Assembly: GCA_913056385.1 (NCBI GenBank)
Contig: CAJXND010000002.1
Span: 47,108-111,107 of the forward strand
Reading direction: 5' to 3'
Length of the DNA stretch: 64,000 bases
Source of the DNA: an uncultured Ectothiorhodospiraceae bacterium
GTDB lineage: Bacteria > Pseudomonadota > Gammaproteobacteria > Nitrococcales > Nitrococcaceae
Shown here: in pieces, positions 37,845-47,915 of the stretch
Position numbering within the stretch: position 1 is the stretch's first letter
Layout of the letters: each line of letters starts with the position of its first letter
The notes under the pieces: generated by a model
Databases searched by the model: none
The model's input: only the letters and a program-made list of their open reading frames with translations
Told to the model about the DNA's origin: nothing
Made by a program: the position numbers and the translations under genes

Positions 37845-39088
37845 TCAAACCGCTACCCCTGTTCATCGGGTTGCGCTACACCCGTGCCCGTCGCCGCAAC
37901 CGGTTTGTCTCCTTTATCTCGGCAAGCTCGATGCTCGGAATCGCGGTGGGTGTCATGGCGCTTATTACCGTCCTCTCGGTCATGAACGGTTTCGAGAAGG
38001 AACTGCGCGAACGGATCCTGGGCATGGTCTCCCATGCCACGGTCCAGGGCTATGAGAGCGGGCTGACGGATTGGCAGGCCCTGCTGCCGCGGCTCGACGA
38101 GCGCGGTGACATCATCGGGGCTGCACCCTTCGTCAACGGCGAAGTCATGCTGACCCGGGGCTCCGCTGTCACCGGCGCACTGGTCCGGGGCATCGATCCG
38201 GCGCGTGAGACGGCGGTCTCGCGGGTGGCCAACACCCTGATCAAGGGTCGACTCGACACCCTGGCGGATGGCGAATACCGGATCATCCTCGGTAGCCGAC
38301 TGGCGAGGGAACTGGGTGTCACCACCGGGGATGCGGTCAGCGTCATCACACCGGAGGTGCGCGCCTCGGCGGCCGGGATACTCCCGCGGCTGCGCCGCTT
38401 CGAGGTGGGTGGCATCTTCGAGGTGGACATGGCGCAGTACGACGGTTCGCTGGCGCTGATCCATCTGGCCGATGCCCAGCGACTGTTCCGCATGAGTGAC
38501 ACGGTCAGCGGCATCCGGCTCGAGTTCGATGACCTGATGGCGGCGCCGGCGAGGGTTCGCGAGATTGCCCGGGCGCTGCCCGGCAACTATCTGGTCAGTG
38601 ACTGGACCATGCAGCATCGGAATTTCTTCCGCGCCGTGGCGATGGAGAAGACAGTAATGTTCATCATTCTTATGCTGATCGTCGGTGTCGCCGCCTTCAA
38701 CATCGTCTCCACGCTGGTCATGGCGGTGCAGGACAAACAATCGGATATCGCCATCCTCCGGACACTGGGAGCGCGACCGCTGACAGTCATGGGGATATTC
38801 GTCGTCCAGGGGAGTCTGCTCGGCGTGGTCGGCACACTGCTCGGCACCGGTGCCGGCATTGCCCTCGCGATGAACGTGGAGACCATCGTTCCGGCGATCG
38901 AACGGCTTTTCAGCGTCGAATTCATCTCCGGTGATGTCTACCTGATCAGCGAACTGCCCTCGGATCTGCGCATGCCCGATGTATGGCGCATCAGCCTCTC
39001 CGCCATTGCCCTGAGCCTGCTTGCCACGCTCTATCCGGCATGGCGGGCTGCGCGTACCGCGCCGGCGGAGGCGCTGCGCCATGAGTAA
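37841..39088 (+). CDS. Lipoprotein-releasing ABC transporter permease (single LolC/E, LolF-like)
   Basis: [31 protein letters not shown]. Confidence 0.95.
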   Translation: MIKPLPLFIGLRYTRARRRNRFVSFISASSMLGIAVGVMALITVLSVMNGFEKELRERILGMVSHATVQGYESGLTDWQALLPRLDERGDIIGAAPFVNGEVMLTRGSAVTGALVRGIDPARETAVSRVANTLIKGRLDTLADGEYRIILGSRLARELGVTTGDAVSVITPEVRASAAGILPRLRRFEVGGIFEVDMAQYDGSLALIHLADAQRLFRMSDTVSGIRLEFDDLMAAPARVREIARALPGNYLVSDWTMQHRNFFRAVAMEKTVMFIILMLIVGVAAFNIVSTLVMAVQDKQSDIAILRTLGARPLTVMGIFVVQGSLLGVVGTLLGTGAGIALAMNVETIVPAIERLFSVEFISGDVYLISELPSDLRMPDVWRISLSAIALSLLATLYPAWRAARTAPAEALRHE

Positions 39089-39767
39089 CCGCGAACCGGT
39101 GATCGACTGCCGCAACGTGGATAAAGGCTTCCGCGAGGGCGGACTGGCCGTTGATGTCCTGCGCGGGCTTGAATTCCGCGTTGAACCGGGGGAGCAGGTG
39201 GCGATCCTCGGCCGCTCTGGCTCCGGCAAGAGCACGTTGCTGCATCTCCTCGGCGGACTGGAGGACCCCGATGCCGGCGAGATCTGCATACAGGGCGAGC
39301 GCCTGTCGGGGCTTGGCCCGGCGGCGCGCGGGCGGCTTCGCAATCGCGTCCTGGGGTTTGTCTACCAGTTCCACCACCTGCTCGGTGAGTTTACGGCCCT
39401 CGAGAACGTCGCGATGCCGCTTCTGATCCGCGGCAGCGCCATCCGGCCATCGCAAGAGCAGGCGACTCGCATGCTCGAGCAGGTCGGACTGGAAAAGCGC
39501 CTCGGTCATAAACCCGGAGAACTCTCCGGCGGCGAGCGACAGCGGGTCGCCATTGCCCGGGCGCTGGTCACACGACCGGCGTGTCTGCTGGCTGACGAGC
39601 CCACTGGCAACCTCGATGGGCAGACCGCCGAGTCCGTGCTCGCGCTTTTCCAGGACCTCAATCGTGCCAACGAAACCAGCGTCGTTCTGGTGACCCACGA
39701 TCTGGAGGTCGCCGGGCGGATGGACCGGCGGCTGAATCTCGCCGACGGGGTGCTGCAACCGGTCTGA
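39081..39767 (+). CDS. lolD: Lipoprotein-releasing ABC transporter ATP-binding protein
   Basis: [35 protein letters not shown]. Confidence 0.96.
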   Translation: MSNREPVIDCRNVDKGFREGGLAVDVLRGLEFRVEPGEQVAILGRSGSGKSTLLHLLGGLEDPDAGEICIQGERLSGLGPAARGRLRNRVLGFVYQFHHLLGEFTALENVAMPLLIRGSAIRPSQEQATRMLEQVGLEKRLGHKPGELSGGERQRVAIARALVTRPACLLADEPTGNLDGQTAESVLALFQDLNRANETSVVLVTHDLEVAGRMDRRLNLADGVLQPV

Positions 39768-39810
39768 GCCCCACTGGTAGCCTGCCCTCCGGTCATTCCA
39801 AGGGGCGTGC

Positions 39811-42171
39811 ATGGCAAAGGACGCGGGCGGGGTACTGGTCTCGCTGGCAATGGGACTGGTGCTGGTGATGCTCCTGCCGACGCGCTTCACTCCGGCCCTG
39901 CTGGTGATCGCGCCGCTGCTCCCCACCCTCGCGCTCGATGACCGCCGGGCTCTTGCTGGATGGCTCGCGGCCGGCGTGATCTATGGTCTGGTCTGGCAGG
40001 GGTGGGCCCACAGCCTCCGGCCACCGGTCGATTCCGGGGATGCGGTGACGGTTGTCGGCCGCGTGGTCACGCTGCCCGAGGCGGCCCATGGCCGGCAGCG
40101 TTTTCTGCTGCGGCCGGAGGCAACCGAAGGACGACGGGCCGGCATGCCACGCCGTATCCGGGTGAGCATCTATGCGCCGACGCCGCGTGTCAGCGCTGGC
40201 GAGCGCTGGCGGATGAAACTGCGACTGCGGCGGCCGCGTGGATTCATGAACCCGGTGCGTTTCGACTATGAGCAGTGGCTTGCCAGCCGACACATCGATG
40301 CAACCGCCTACCTGGTCGTGCCACAAGCGGCGGAACGACTCGCCCCGGCCACCGGGCTCGTTCACTGGCGAAATGAACTCTCGAAGCGGATCGGCGCCAT
40401 GAGTGGCACAACGGGACCGGGCCGCGCGCTGCTCCAGGGCCTCGTGACGGGCGACCGACGGGCGTTCACCGACGAGATATGGGACGTGTTGCGCGCCACC
40501 GGGACAAGTCATCTGATGGCGATCTCGGGGCTGCACATCGGGCTGATGGCGGCGGCCGGCTATGGCCTCGGCGGCCGGCTATGGGCCTGGCTTCGCCTGC
40601 CGGGCCGACGCCGCCTCACGGCAACGCTGGCCGCATTCTCGGCGGCTGCCGCCTATGCGGGGCTGGCGGGGTTCGCGCTGCCGACCACCCGGGCGCTGGT
40701 CATGTTCTCGGTGCTGGCCTTCACTGCGCTCGCCGGGCGCCGTGTTGCGCCGGTGCGACTGCTTGTGCTTGCCGCTGTCATACTGCTGCTGCTGGACCCG
40801 GCTTCGGTGCTGTCGGCCGGTTTCTGGCTGTCCTTCCTGGCGGTCGCCTTGATCATCATGGTGGCGCGCGGCCGACGGCTGGGTCCGTTGACTGGCCTTT
40901 GGCAGATCCAGATCGGGTTGCTGTTCGGGCTTGCGCCGGTTTCCGGGCTGTTCTTCGGTAGCTGGAGTCCACTCGGACTAGTCGCCAATCTCTTTCTGCT
41001 GCCGCTTTTCTCCCTGGTTATCGTGCCCGCGGCACTGATCGGCACAGCATCGAGCCTGGTATGGCCAGGCGGCGGCGGGATATTGCTGGGCGCCGCCGCC
41101 GGCCTGCTCGACCGGCTAATGGCGGCAGGCGACTGGCTTTACGCCATCGGGCTGACCGAATGGCCCCTCAACCCGGCGGGTATCTGGCCGTTGCTGTGCA
41201 TGACCGCCGCGCTCATGCTGCTTCTCGCACCGTCGGGGACCCCTTTGCGCCCGCTGGCAGTCCCCATGGCGGTGGCATTTTTCCTCGCCGAGCCGAAGGA
41301 GTTGCCCCGCAGCGGGGTCGAAGTGACCTGGCTTGAGGTGGGGCAGGGCAACAGCACCGTGATCCGCACGGCCGATCATGTCCTGGTGATCGACACCGGC
41401 CCCGCCTGGTCCGGCGGCGGCAACGCGGCTGCCTTCACCCTCCTGCCATTCCTGGCGGATCGGGGCATTCGGACCGTCGACCGACTCATCGTCACCCATG
41501 CCGACCGGGACCACCGCGGTGGACTCACGGCGCTTGCCGCGGCCGTGGATATCCATCGCATTGACGCCGGTGAACCGCTGGCGGATTTCCCGCGGGCCCG
41601 CGCCTGTCGGGCCGGCACCCAATGGTGGGTCGATGGCATCCGCTTTGAGTATCTCTGGCCGGACTCTCCGCAGCGCGGGGAAGGCAATGCCGCCTCCTGT
41701 GTTCTGCTCATGGAAGCGCCCGGCGGACGGGTGCTGTTCACCGGCGATATCGACGCCGCCATCGAGGCGCAGATCGCCCGCCACCTGAATGCCCCCGTCA
41801 CGGTTATCGAGGCGCCACACCATGGCAGTCGCACGGGCAGTAGCGGTGCATTACTTGATGCGGCGCAACCGGCGCATGCGGTGGTTTCGGCGGGGTTCCG
41901 GAACCCCTACGGGATGCCTCATTCCGAGGCGATCGCGCGCCTGCGCTGCCGACGCATCCGAGTGCACGACCTCGGCCGCACGGGGAGCCTGCGGCTTCGT
42001 CTCCTTCCGGGGGAATCGCCGAAGGTCTGGAGCATGCGCCCGTACCATGGCCGCCTGTCCCACGAGCCGCCGGGTCTGCGCCGCTTTCGGCCGGGCCGTC
42101 AAATCCATTATGATCGGCGGCATTACGCGGTTCTGGACGGGGAGATAGACCAGCCAACGTGTGGGAACTGA
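39811..42171 (+). CDS. comEC: DNA internalization-related competence protein ComEC/Rec2
   Basis: GFMNPVRFDY, HLMAISGLHIG, GFWLSF, EVGQG, THADRDH, PHHGS. Confidence 0.93.
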   Translation: MAKDAGGVLVSLAMGLVLVMLLPTRFTPALLVIAPLLPTLALDDRRALAGWLAAGVIYGLVWQGWAHSLRPPVDSGDAVTVVGRVVTLPEAAHGRQRFLLRPEATEGRRAGMPRRIRVSIYAPTPRVSAGERWRMKLRLRRPRGFMNPVRFDYEQWLASRHIDATAYLVVPQAAERLAPATGLVHWRNELSKRIGAMSGTTGPGRALLQGLVTGDRRAFTDEIWDVLRATGTSHLMAISGLHIGLMAAAGYGLGGRLWAWLRLPGRRRLTATLAAFSAAAAYAGLAGFALPTTRALVMFSVLAFTALAGRRVAPVRLLVLAAVILLLLDPASVLSAGFWLSFLAVALIIMVARGRRLGPLTGLWQIQIGLLFGLAPVSGLFFGSWSPLGLVANLFLLPLFSLVIVPAALIGTASSLVWPGGGGILLGAAAGLLDRLMAAGDWLYAIGLTEWPLNPAGIWPLLCMTAALMLLLAPSGTPLRPLAVPMAVAFFLAEPKELPRSGVEVTWLEVGQGNSTVIRTADHVLVIDTGPAWSGGGNAAAFTLLPFLADRGIRTVDRLIVTHADRDHRGGLTALAAAVDIHRIDAGEPLADFPRARACRAGTQWWVDGIRFEYLWPDSPQRGEGNAASCVLLMEAPGGRVLFTGDIDAAIEAQIARHLNAPVTVIEAPHHGSRTGSSGALLDAAQPAHAVVSAGFRNPYGMPHSEAIARLRCRRIRVHDLGRTGSLRLRLLPGESPKVWSMRPYHGRLSHEPPGLRRFRPGRQIHYDRRHYAVLDGEIDQPTCGN

Positions 42172-42782
42172 TCAACGCCGGCGGTTGGGTGATGGCCCCG
42201 ATCATTGCCTGCTCCATCCTGGCGGTCGCCATCGTCGCCGAGCGTCTCTGGGTTCTGCGCGGGACGCGGGTCGCACCGGCACATCTGGTCCCCGAGGTCT
42301 GGCGCCTGCACACGGTCAGCGGACTGGATGCGGTGGCGCTGCGACGCCTGCGGGCGGGCTCTCCCCTTGGCCGGGTGGTCGCCGCCGGAATTACCCATGC
42401 TCAGCAGCCCCGCGCCGAAATGCTCGAGCGCATCGAGGAGGTCGGCCGAATCGAAGCCCTGGGGCTCGAGAGATACCTGAATACGCTGGGGACCATCGCT
42501 GCCATTACCCCCTTACTGGGCCTCCTCGGGACGGTGATCGGCATGATCGATGTCTTCAGCACGATCGATGCCACCGGGCTTGGCGATAATCGCGCTCTGG
42601 CCGGAGGGATCGGCGAGGCGCTCATCACCACGGGCGCGGGTCTCACGGTGGCCATCCCGGCGGTGGTTGCCCATCGCTATCTGCGGGGGCGGGTCAACCG
42701 CCTGATCGTCAGCATCGAGCGTGAGGCACTGAAGCTCGCCGAGGTCATCGCCCGCAATCCGACTGCCGGAGGTAGGGCGTGA
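42159..42782 (+). CDS. exbB: MotA/TolQ/ExbB proton channel
   Basis: GGWVMAPI, TPLLGLLGTVIGMI, GIGEALITTGAGL. Confidence 0.93.
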   Translation: MWELINAGGWVMAPIIACSILAVAIVAERLWVLRGTRVAPAHLVPEVWRLHTVSGLDAVALRRLRAGSPLGRVVAAGITHAQQPRAEMLERIEEVGRIEALGLERYLNTLGTIAAITPLLGLLGTVIGMIDVFSTIDATGLGDNRALAGGIGEALITTGAGLTVAIPAVVAHRYLRGRVNRLIVSIEREALKLAEVIARNPTAGGRA

Positions 42783-43201
42783 GACTCCCCACACGCGAAG
42801 CGGATACGCCGGATATCAATCTGACGCCATTGATCGACGTCGTCTTCCTGATGCTGGTGTTCTTCGTGGTCAGCACGACATTCATCGAGGATCAGGCGCT
42901 GCAGGTCACGCTGCCCGCCGCGGATGCGACGGAAGAGATTGAACGCACGCGGGTGGTGGCCAGCATGGCCGCCGATGGACGGATCCAGATCAATGGTGTG
43001 GCCGTGCCGGATACGCAGGAGGGCCTGGGGCAGGCACTTGAAGATGCCCTCGCTGATCAGGCCGTACGCAATCCGGTACTCCTGATCCGCGCCGATCGCC
43101 GTGTTCCGCATGGCGAGGTGACCCGCGTCATGAGTGAGGCCGGGCGACTGGGCTTCAGCACCGTCAGTATCGCCACGACAAGGGAATCGAGCACTCCATG
43201 A
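42779..43201 (+). CDS. exbD: ExbD/TolR family protein
   Basis: INLTPLIDVVFLMLVFF, IRAD, VMSEA. Confidence 0.93.
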   Translation: MRLPTREADTPDINLTPLIDVVFLMLVFFVVSTTFIEDQALQVTLPAADATEEIERTRVVASMAADGRIQINGVAVPDTQEGLGQALEDALADQAVRNPVLLIRADRRVPHGEVTRVMSEAGRLGFSTVSIATTRESSTP

Positions 43202-44982
43202 GCAGCGCGCAACCGAGTCGGGGGACGCCGTCGGCAATGCAGATCTACCGCCGGCTACTCGGGTATGTCCTGGTCCACTGGCGGATCGCCATCGTTGCCG
43301 TCGCCGGCATGATCGTCACCGGTGCCAGCGAGGCGGGATTTGCCTGGCTGGTCAAGCCGATGCTGGACTCCGGTTTCGTTGAACGCGACCCGGAGGTGCT
43401 TCGTCTCATTCCACTGGGCGTACTCGGCATTTTCCTGATCCGCGGCCTCAGCAGCTTTGCCGCGCAGTACGGGACGGCCTGGATCAGTCGCCGGGTCATC
43501 GCCCAGCTCCGTGCCGAGGTGTTCGATCGGCTCCTCACGCTCCCACGGCGATACTTCGACGATGCCTCGTCGGGCATGCTCCTGTCCCGCCTGACCTACA
43601 ACGTCGAGCAGGTTGCCCAGGCAGGCACCAACGCGATGGTCATTATCATCCGTGACAGCGCCACGGTGATCTTCCTGCTCGGCTACATGGCCTGGCTGAG
43701 CTGGCAGCTGACGCTCACCTTCATGCTCCTCGGGCCGGTGGTCATCGGGGTCGTGTTGTACGTCAGCAAGCGATTCCGGCGCCTGAGCCACAAGATTCAG
43801 CACTCCGTCGGCAGCATCGCCTACGTGGCCGAAGAGGCGATCGAGGGCAGTGACGAAGTCCGTATCTTCGGCGCCCAGGACCTGGAACGGGCGCGATTCG
43901 ACGAGGCCAACCAGCGTAATACCCGTCAGTTCATGAAATTCGCCGGTACCCAGGCGCTCAGCACACCCGTGGTGCAGTTCTGCGCGGCGCTTGCCCTGTC
44001 CATCGTGGTCTGGCTCGCCACACTGGAGGGCAGCGTGACCACCGTCAGTGTCGGGACGTTCGTCTCCTTCATCACCGCGATGATGCTGCTGCTCCAGCCG
44101 CTCAAGCGGCTCACCAAGGTCCATGCCGAGATACAGCGCGGCATTGCGGCGGGGGAAAGCATCTTCGAGATTATCGACGAGACACCGGAACATGACCGCG
44201 GCACTCATGCGCCGACGCGTGTCGATGGCCGTATCCGCTTCGAGGCTGTCGGTTTTGCCTACGAGCCCGCCGGAGAGCCGGTTCTCGAAGGCATCGAGCT
44301 GGATATCCGTGCCGGCGAAACCGTGGCCCTGGTGGGACGGTCGGGAAGCGGGAAGACATCACTGGTCAATCTGCTGCCCCGCTTCTATGAACCCACCACC
44401 GGCACGATCCGCCTGGATGATGTGCCGCTGGCCGATTACCGGCTCTCCGCGCTCCGCCGCCAGCTCGCCCTGGTCGGCCAGCAGGTGGTGCTCTTCAATG
44501 CCAGCGTGGCCGAGAACATTGCCTACGGCCAGGATCCCATGCCATCGCGGGATGCCATCGTTGCCGCCGCCGAAGCGGCCAATGCGCGAGGGTTCATCGA
44601 GGTGCTGCCGGACGGCTTCGATACGGCCATCGGAGAAAACGGCGTGCTTCTGTCGGGCGGGCAACGTCAACGCCTGGCCATCGCCCGGGCGTTGCTCAAG
44701 GATGCCCCCGTCCTGGTCCTCGACGAGGCGACATCGGCGCTCGATTCGGAATCCGAGCAGCACATCCAGTCCGCGCTGGCGCATTTGATCGAAGGCCGAA
44801 CCACCCTGGTGATCGCGCATCGCCTGTCCACCATCGAGCGGGCGGATCGCATCGTCGTGCTCGACGGCGGCCGTATCGTGGAGCAGGGCAGTCACATCGA
44901 GCTGCTAGCGCACAGGGGCGCCTATGCGGCGCTGCACCGACTGCAGTTCCGGCAGCAGGATGAGACGGCGCATGGCGACTGA
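43198..44982 (+). CDS. msbA: Lipid A export ABC transporter MsbA
   Basis: Six TM region, GRSGSGKT, LSGGQRQR, LDEATSALD, IAHRLSTI. Confidence 0.95.
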   Translation: MSSAQPSRGTPSAMQIYRRLLGYVLVHWRIAIVAVAGMIVTGASEAGFAWLVKPMLDSGFVERDPEVLRLIPLGVLGIFLIRGLSSFAAQYGTAWISRRVIAQLRAEVFDRLLTLPRRYFDDASSGMLLSRLTYNVEQVAQAGTNAMVIIIRDSATVIFLLGYMAWLSWQLTLTFMLLGPVVIGVVLYVSKRFRRLSHKIQHSVGSIAYVAEEAIEGSDEVRIFGAQDLERARFDEANQRNTRQFMKFAGTQALSTPVVQFCAALALSIVVWLATLEGSVTTVSVGTFVSFITAMMLLLQPLKRLTKVHAEIQRGIAAGESIFEIIDETPEHDRGTHAPTRVDGRIRFEAVGFAYEPAGEPVLEGIELDIRAGETVALVGRSGSGKTSLVNLLPRFYEPTTGTIRLDDVPLADYRLSALRRQLALVGQQVVLFNASVAENIAYGQDPMPSRDAIVAAAEAANARGFIEVLPDGFDTAIGENGVLLSGGQRQRLAIARALLKDAPVLVLDEATSALDSESEQHIQSALAHLIEGRTTLVIAHRLSTIERADRIVVLDGGRIVEQGSHIELLAHRGAYAALHRLQFRQQDETAHGD

Positions 44983-45973
44983 TCGCTACGCCGGGTTCTG
45001 GAGTCACAATGGCGCCGGTGCGACCCTGCTTGGCCCGCTGGAATGGCTCTTCCGCCAGGCGGTTGCTCGCCGTCGGGCCCGCGCCGGCGCCATCGCACAG
45101 TGGATTGATGCACCCGTGTTGGTGGTGGGGAATGTCAGTGTCGGAGGGACCGGTAAAACGCCATTGGTGCTCTGGCTTGTCGAGACCGCCGTGGAGATGG
45201 GGTTCCGGCCCGGCATCATTCTGCGCGGCCATCGCGGCAGCGCCCGTGGCGTCATGCCGGTCACGGCTGATAGCGATCCCGGTGTCGTCGGCGATGAAGC
45301 CGTACTGCTCGCCCGGCGAGCACCATGCGCGGTCGTGATCGGCGCCGATCGCGTCGCCGCCGGTCGGACGCTGCTCAAGACCGGCGCGGTGGACCTGGTG
45401 ATCAGCGATGACGGGCTGCAGCATTATGCTTTGGGTCGCGATGTGGAGATCGCGGTTGTCGATGCAGACCGCGGCCACGGGAACGGGCGGTGCCTGCCCG
45501 CCGGGCCATTGCGAGAACCACTGAATCGCCTGGATGAGGTCGACCTGGTGTTGGGCAACGGGCAACAGATTAAAGGTTGCGGGGGAATGTTCGAGATCGT
45601 GCCCGGGCTGCTCCAGGCGCTGCCGGGGACGGACGAGGGTGGCGAACCGCCAACATCGGGCTGCGCGGTTCATGCGGTTGCCGGCATCGGTCATCCCGGG
45701 CGTTTCTTTGCCACGCTGGAGGCGATGGGATTCTTCGTCCATGCCCACCCGCTCGGCGATCACCATCATTTCCGTCCCGGGGATCTGCGCTTCGATGACG
45801 ATGCACCGGTCATCGTCACGGAGAAGGACGCGGTAAAATGTCGGGGTATGGCACCCGCGAACAGCTGGTATCTGCCTGTGGCGGCCCGGCCGGACGAGAT
45901 CACTACGGTGCGCCTCGGAGAACTGCTGGCGCTCGCCCGGCGCCGTTTCGTCAACCGCAGGGCAGGCTCATGA
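44972..45973 (+). CDS. lpxK: Tetraacyldisaccharide 4'-kinase
   Basis: VGNVSVGGTGKTP, GDEAVLL, SDDGLQHY, LPAGPLRE, TEKDAVK. Confidence 0.96.
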   Translation: MATDRYAGFWSHNGAGATLLGPLEWLFRQAVARRRARAGAIAQWIDAPVLVVGNVSVGGTGKTPLVLWLVETAVEMGFRPGIILRGHRGSARGVMPVTADSDPGVVGDEAVLLARRAPCAVVIGADRVAAGRTLLKTGAVDLVISDDGLQHYALGRDVEIAVVDADRGHGNGRCLPAGPLREPLNRLDEVDLVLGNGQQIKGCGGMFEIVPGLLQALPGTDEGGEPPTSGCAVHAVAGIGHPGRFFATLEAMGFFVHAHPLGDHHHFRPGDLRFDDDAPVIVTEKDAVKCRGMAPANSWYLPVAARPDEITTVRLGELLALARRRFVNRRAGS

Positions 45974-46725
45974 CTCCGTTCACCGTTATCATTCCGGCAC
46001 GCCACGCCTCGACGCGGCTCCCCGGCAAGCCGCTGCTTCCGCTTGCCGGTCGGCCGGTGATCGAGCATGTCTGGCGCGCGGCGGTCTCGAGTGGTGCCGA
46101 TCGCGTCATTATCGCCACGGATCATGCCGGCATCAGTGACTGCGCAACGGCCTTCGGTGCCGAGGTCTGCATGACCGGAAGCGCTCATCGGAGCGGCACG
46201 GAGCGGATTGCCGAAGTGGTGCGCGCCATCGGGATCGGCGACGACGCGATCATCGTCAATCTCCAGGGCGATGAGCCCCTCATGCCGGCCTCTCTGCTGG
46301 TCCGGGTCGCCGAGACGCTCGCCGAGGCACCGGGATCGGTGATGGCGACCCTCTCGACCCCCCTGATGGATGCTGACGAGTTGCATGACCCCCACACAGT
46401 GAAGCTGGTGACCGGGCACGATGGCCGGGCGCTTTACTTCAGCCGCGCCGCCATTCCCCGGGACCGGCGGGGGCACACGGACTGGCAGATGTCGGTGGCC
46501 CGGCGTCATCTGGGGCTCTATGCCTATCGCGCCGGGTTCCTCAGGCGTTATCCGCTGCTGCCGGAAAGCCCGCTGGAGAATCTCGAGCAACTGGAGCAGC
46601 TGCGCGTTCTGCAGGCCGGGGAACGGATCCAGGTCGGGGAGGTGACGGAGCGACCGGGGCATGGTATCGATACCGAGCGCGATCTCGCCGCCGCAGAGGC
46701 CGCGCTCATCCGACGTTCACGATAG
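45970..46725 (+). CDS. kdsB: 3-deoxy-manno-octulosonate cytidylyltransferase
   Basis: IPARHASTRLPGKPL, SGTERI, NLQGDEP, ALYFSR, HLGLYAYR, EQLEQLR. Confidence 0.97.
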   Translation: MTPFTVIIPARHASTRLPGKPLLPLAGRPVIEHVWRAAVSSGADRVIIATDHAGISDCATAFGAEVCMTGSAHRSGTERIAEVVRAIGIGDDAIIVNLQGDEPLMPASLLVRVAETLAEAPGSVMATLSTPLMDADELHDPHTVKLVTGHDGRALYFSRAAIPRDRRGHTDWQMSVARRHLGLYAYRAGFLRRYPLLPESPLENLEQLEQLRVLQAGERIQVGEVTERPGHGIDTERDLAAAEAALIRRSR

Positions 46726-46735
46726 ACCGGCCGGA

Positions 46736-47650
46736 TTACTTGCAGGCGAGGGTTTCCAGCATGCAGCGCCGGAACGCCTCGACCATCCGGCTTGCCGGGC
46801 TCGCCGTCATGCCGAGATAGAACTGCGTGGCATAAGCGTACTCGCTTGGCAGGAGCTCACGCATCAAACCGTCGCGCACCCAGTTTTCGGCGTAGTGTAT
46901 CGGCAGATAGCCGACATAGCGGCCACTGAGAATCAGCATGGCGGCACTTTCCATGTGACCGACACTGGGCCCGACGCGGCTGTCGTGGTGGCCGAGCATC
47001 GATGGGCCCTTGTAGTTCTTGTCGCAAAAGACGGCCGATTCCAGTGACTCGCGAATGGCCTCGGGATCCATTTCCTCGAATAGGGCATGGTCGCGCCCGC
47101 AATAGAGGCTCTGGACCTCCATGAACAACGAGTCGGCATTGATCGAGTCGTGCTCCGGTTCGACCGGCGTGATAATGAGGTGGTATCGATTATCGACCAA
47201 CCCCTGGGAGAGGTCTTGTGGCGATCCGATGTTAAAGTGCAAACGGACATCCGGCGCGATGTCGGCGAACCGCCTCAGGACCTCGTCGAACTGCAGCCGG
47301 TCGTAGGTAACCAGCGCGTCGACAAGACCCAGATAAAGGTCACCGGACATGTTGCCCCGGACATCCGAAATGACCTCGCGGAAACCCAAAATCGACTCGA
47401 AGAGCGGCCCGAGGCTCTCGTAGATGCGCTCTCCCTCGCGTGTCAGTGCAAAGCCCTTGCGACCGCGTTCACAGAGCGTAAAGCCGAGACGCTCCTCGAG
47501 CTGTTTGAGCTTGATGCTGATGGTCGACAGCGAGAGGCCCAGCGTCTCCTGGGCCGGGGCGAGCCCCTGCGCCTGGACAACGGCCCGGAATATCCGGAGA
47601 AGTTTGAGATCGAAATCGGTGAGGTTCGGGAGGCTCGGGTCGCTTCCCAT
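46736..47650 (-). CDS. LysR-type regulator, GbuR/GpuR-like
   Basis: DLKLLRIF HTH, LCERGRKGFALT, ILSGRYVGYLPIHYA..WV; divergent from the ABC operon. Confidence 0.92.
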   Translation of the reverse strand: MGSDPSLPNLTDFDLKLLRIFRAVVQAQGLAPAQETLGLSLSTISIKLKQLEERLGFTLCERGRKGFALTREGERIYESLGPLFESILGFREVISDVRGNMSGDLYLGLVDALVTYDRLQFDEVLRRFADIAPDVRLHFNIGSPQDLSQGLVDNRYHLIITPVEPEHDSINADSLFMEVQSLYCGRDHALFEEMDPEAIRESLESAVFCDKNYKGPSMLGHHDSRVGPSVGHMESAAMLILSGRYVGYLPIHYAENWVRDGLMRELLPSEYAYATQFYLGMTASPASRMVEAFRRCMLETLACK

Positions 47651-47915
47651 GATTGTCTGCTCCCGGTGATCGGACCCGACGGCGAGTTCTGGCCCGAATC
47701 TCCCTTGCTGCCTGTTATTTCAATATGTTGGTCATGAAGGATTCGGTCAAGCCCGCTTGCGCGTGTCGCCGTTGTCGGCCAGGCATCGCTTTGTTCGACT
47801 CCAAAGCCCGGTTTGCAAGGTGATGATGGTTGGGCGGTTGACGCGCGGAACATACTCAGGTCGTCCCTTGGCGGGATTTACATCAGAAAAGGGGCCTGGC
47901 CCCGGGGGTTCAATC

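Noticed and set aside
47651-47915. Guanidine riboswitch upstream of the ABC operon
   Set aside because: CAAAGCCCGG resembles the guanidine-I 3' tail, but the CTAGGGTTCCG core and CGGGAC are missing; no paired ACGR hairpins (class II) or class III pattern
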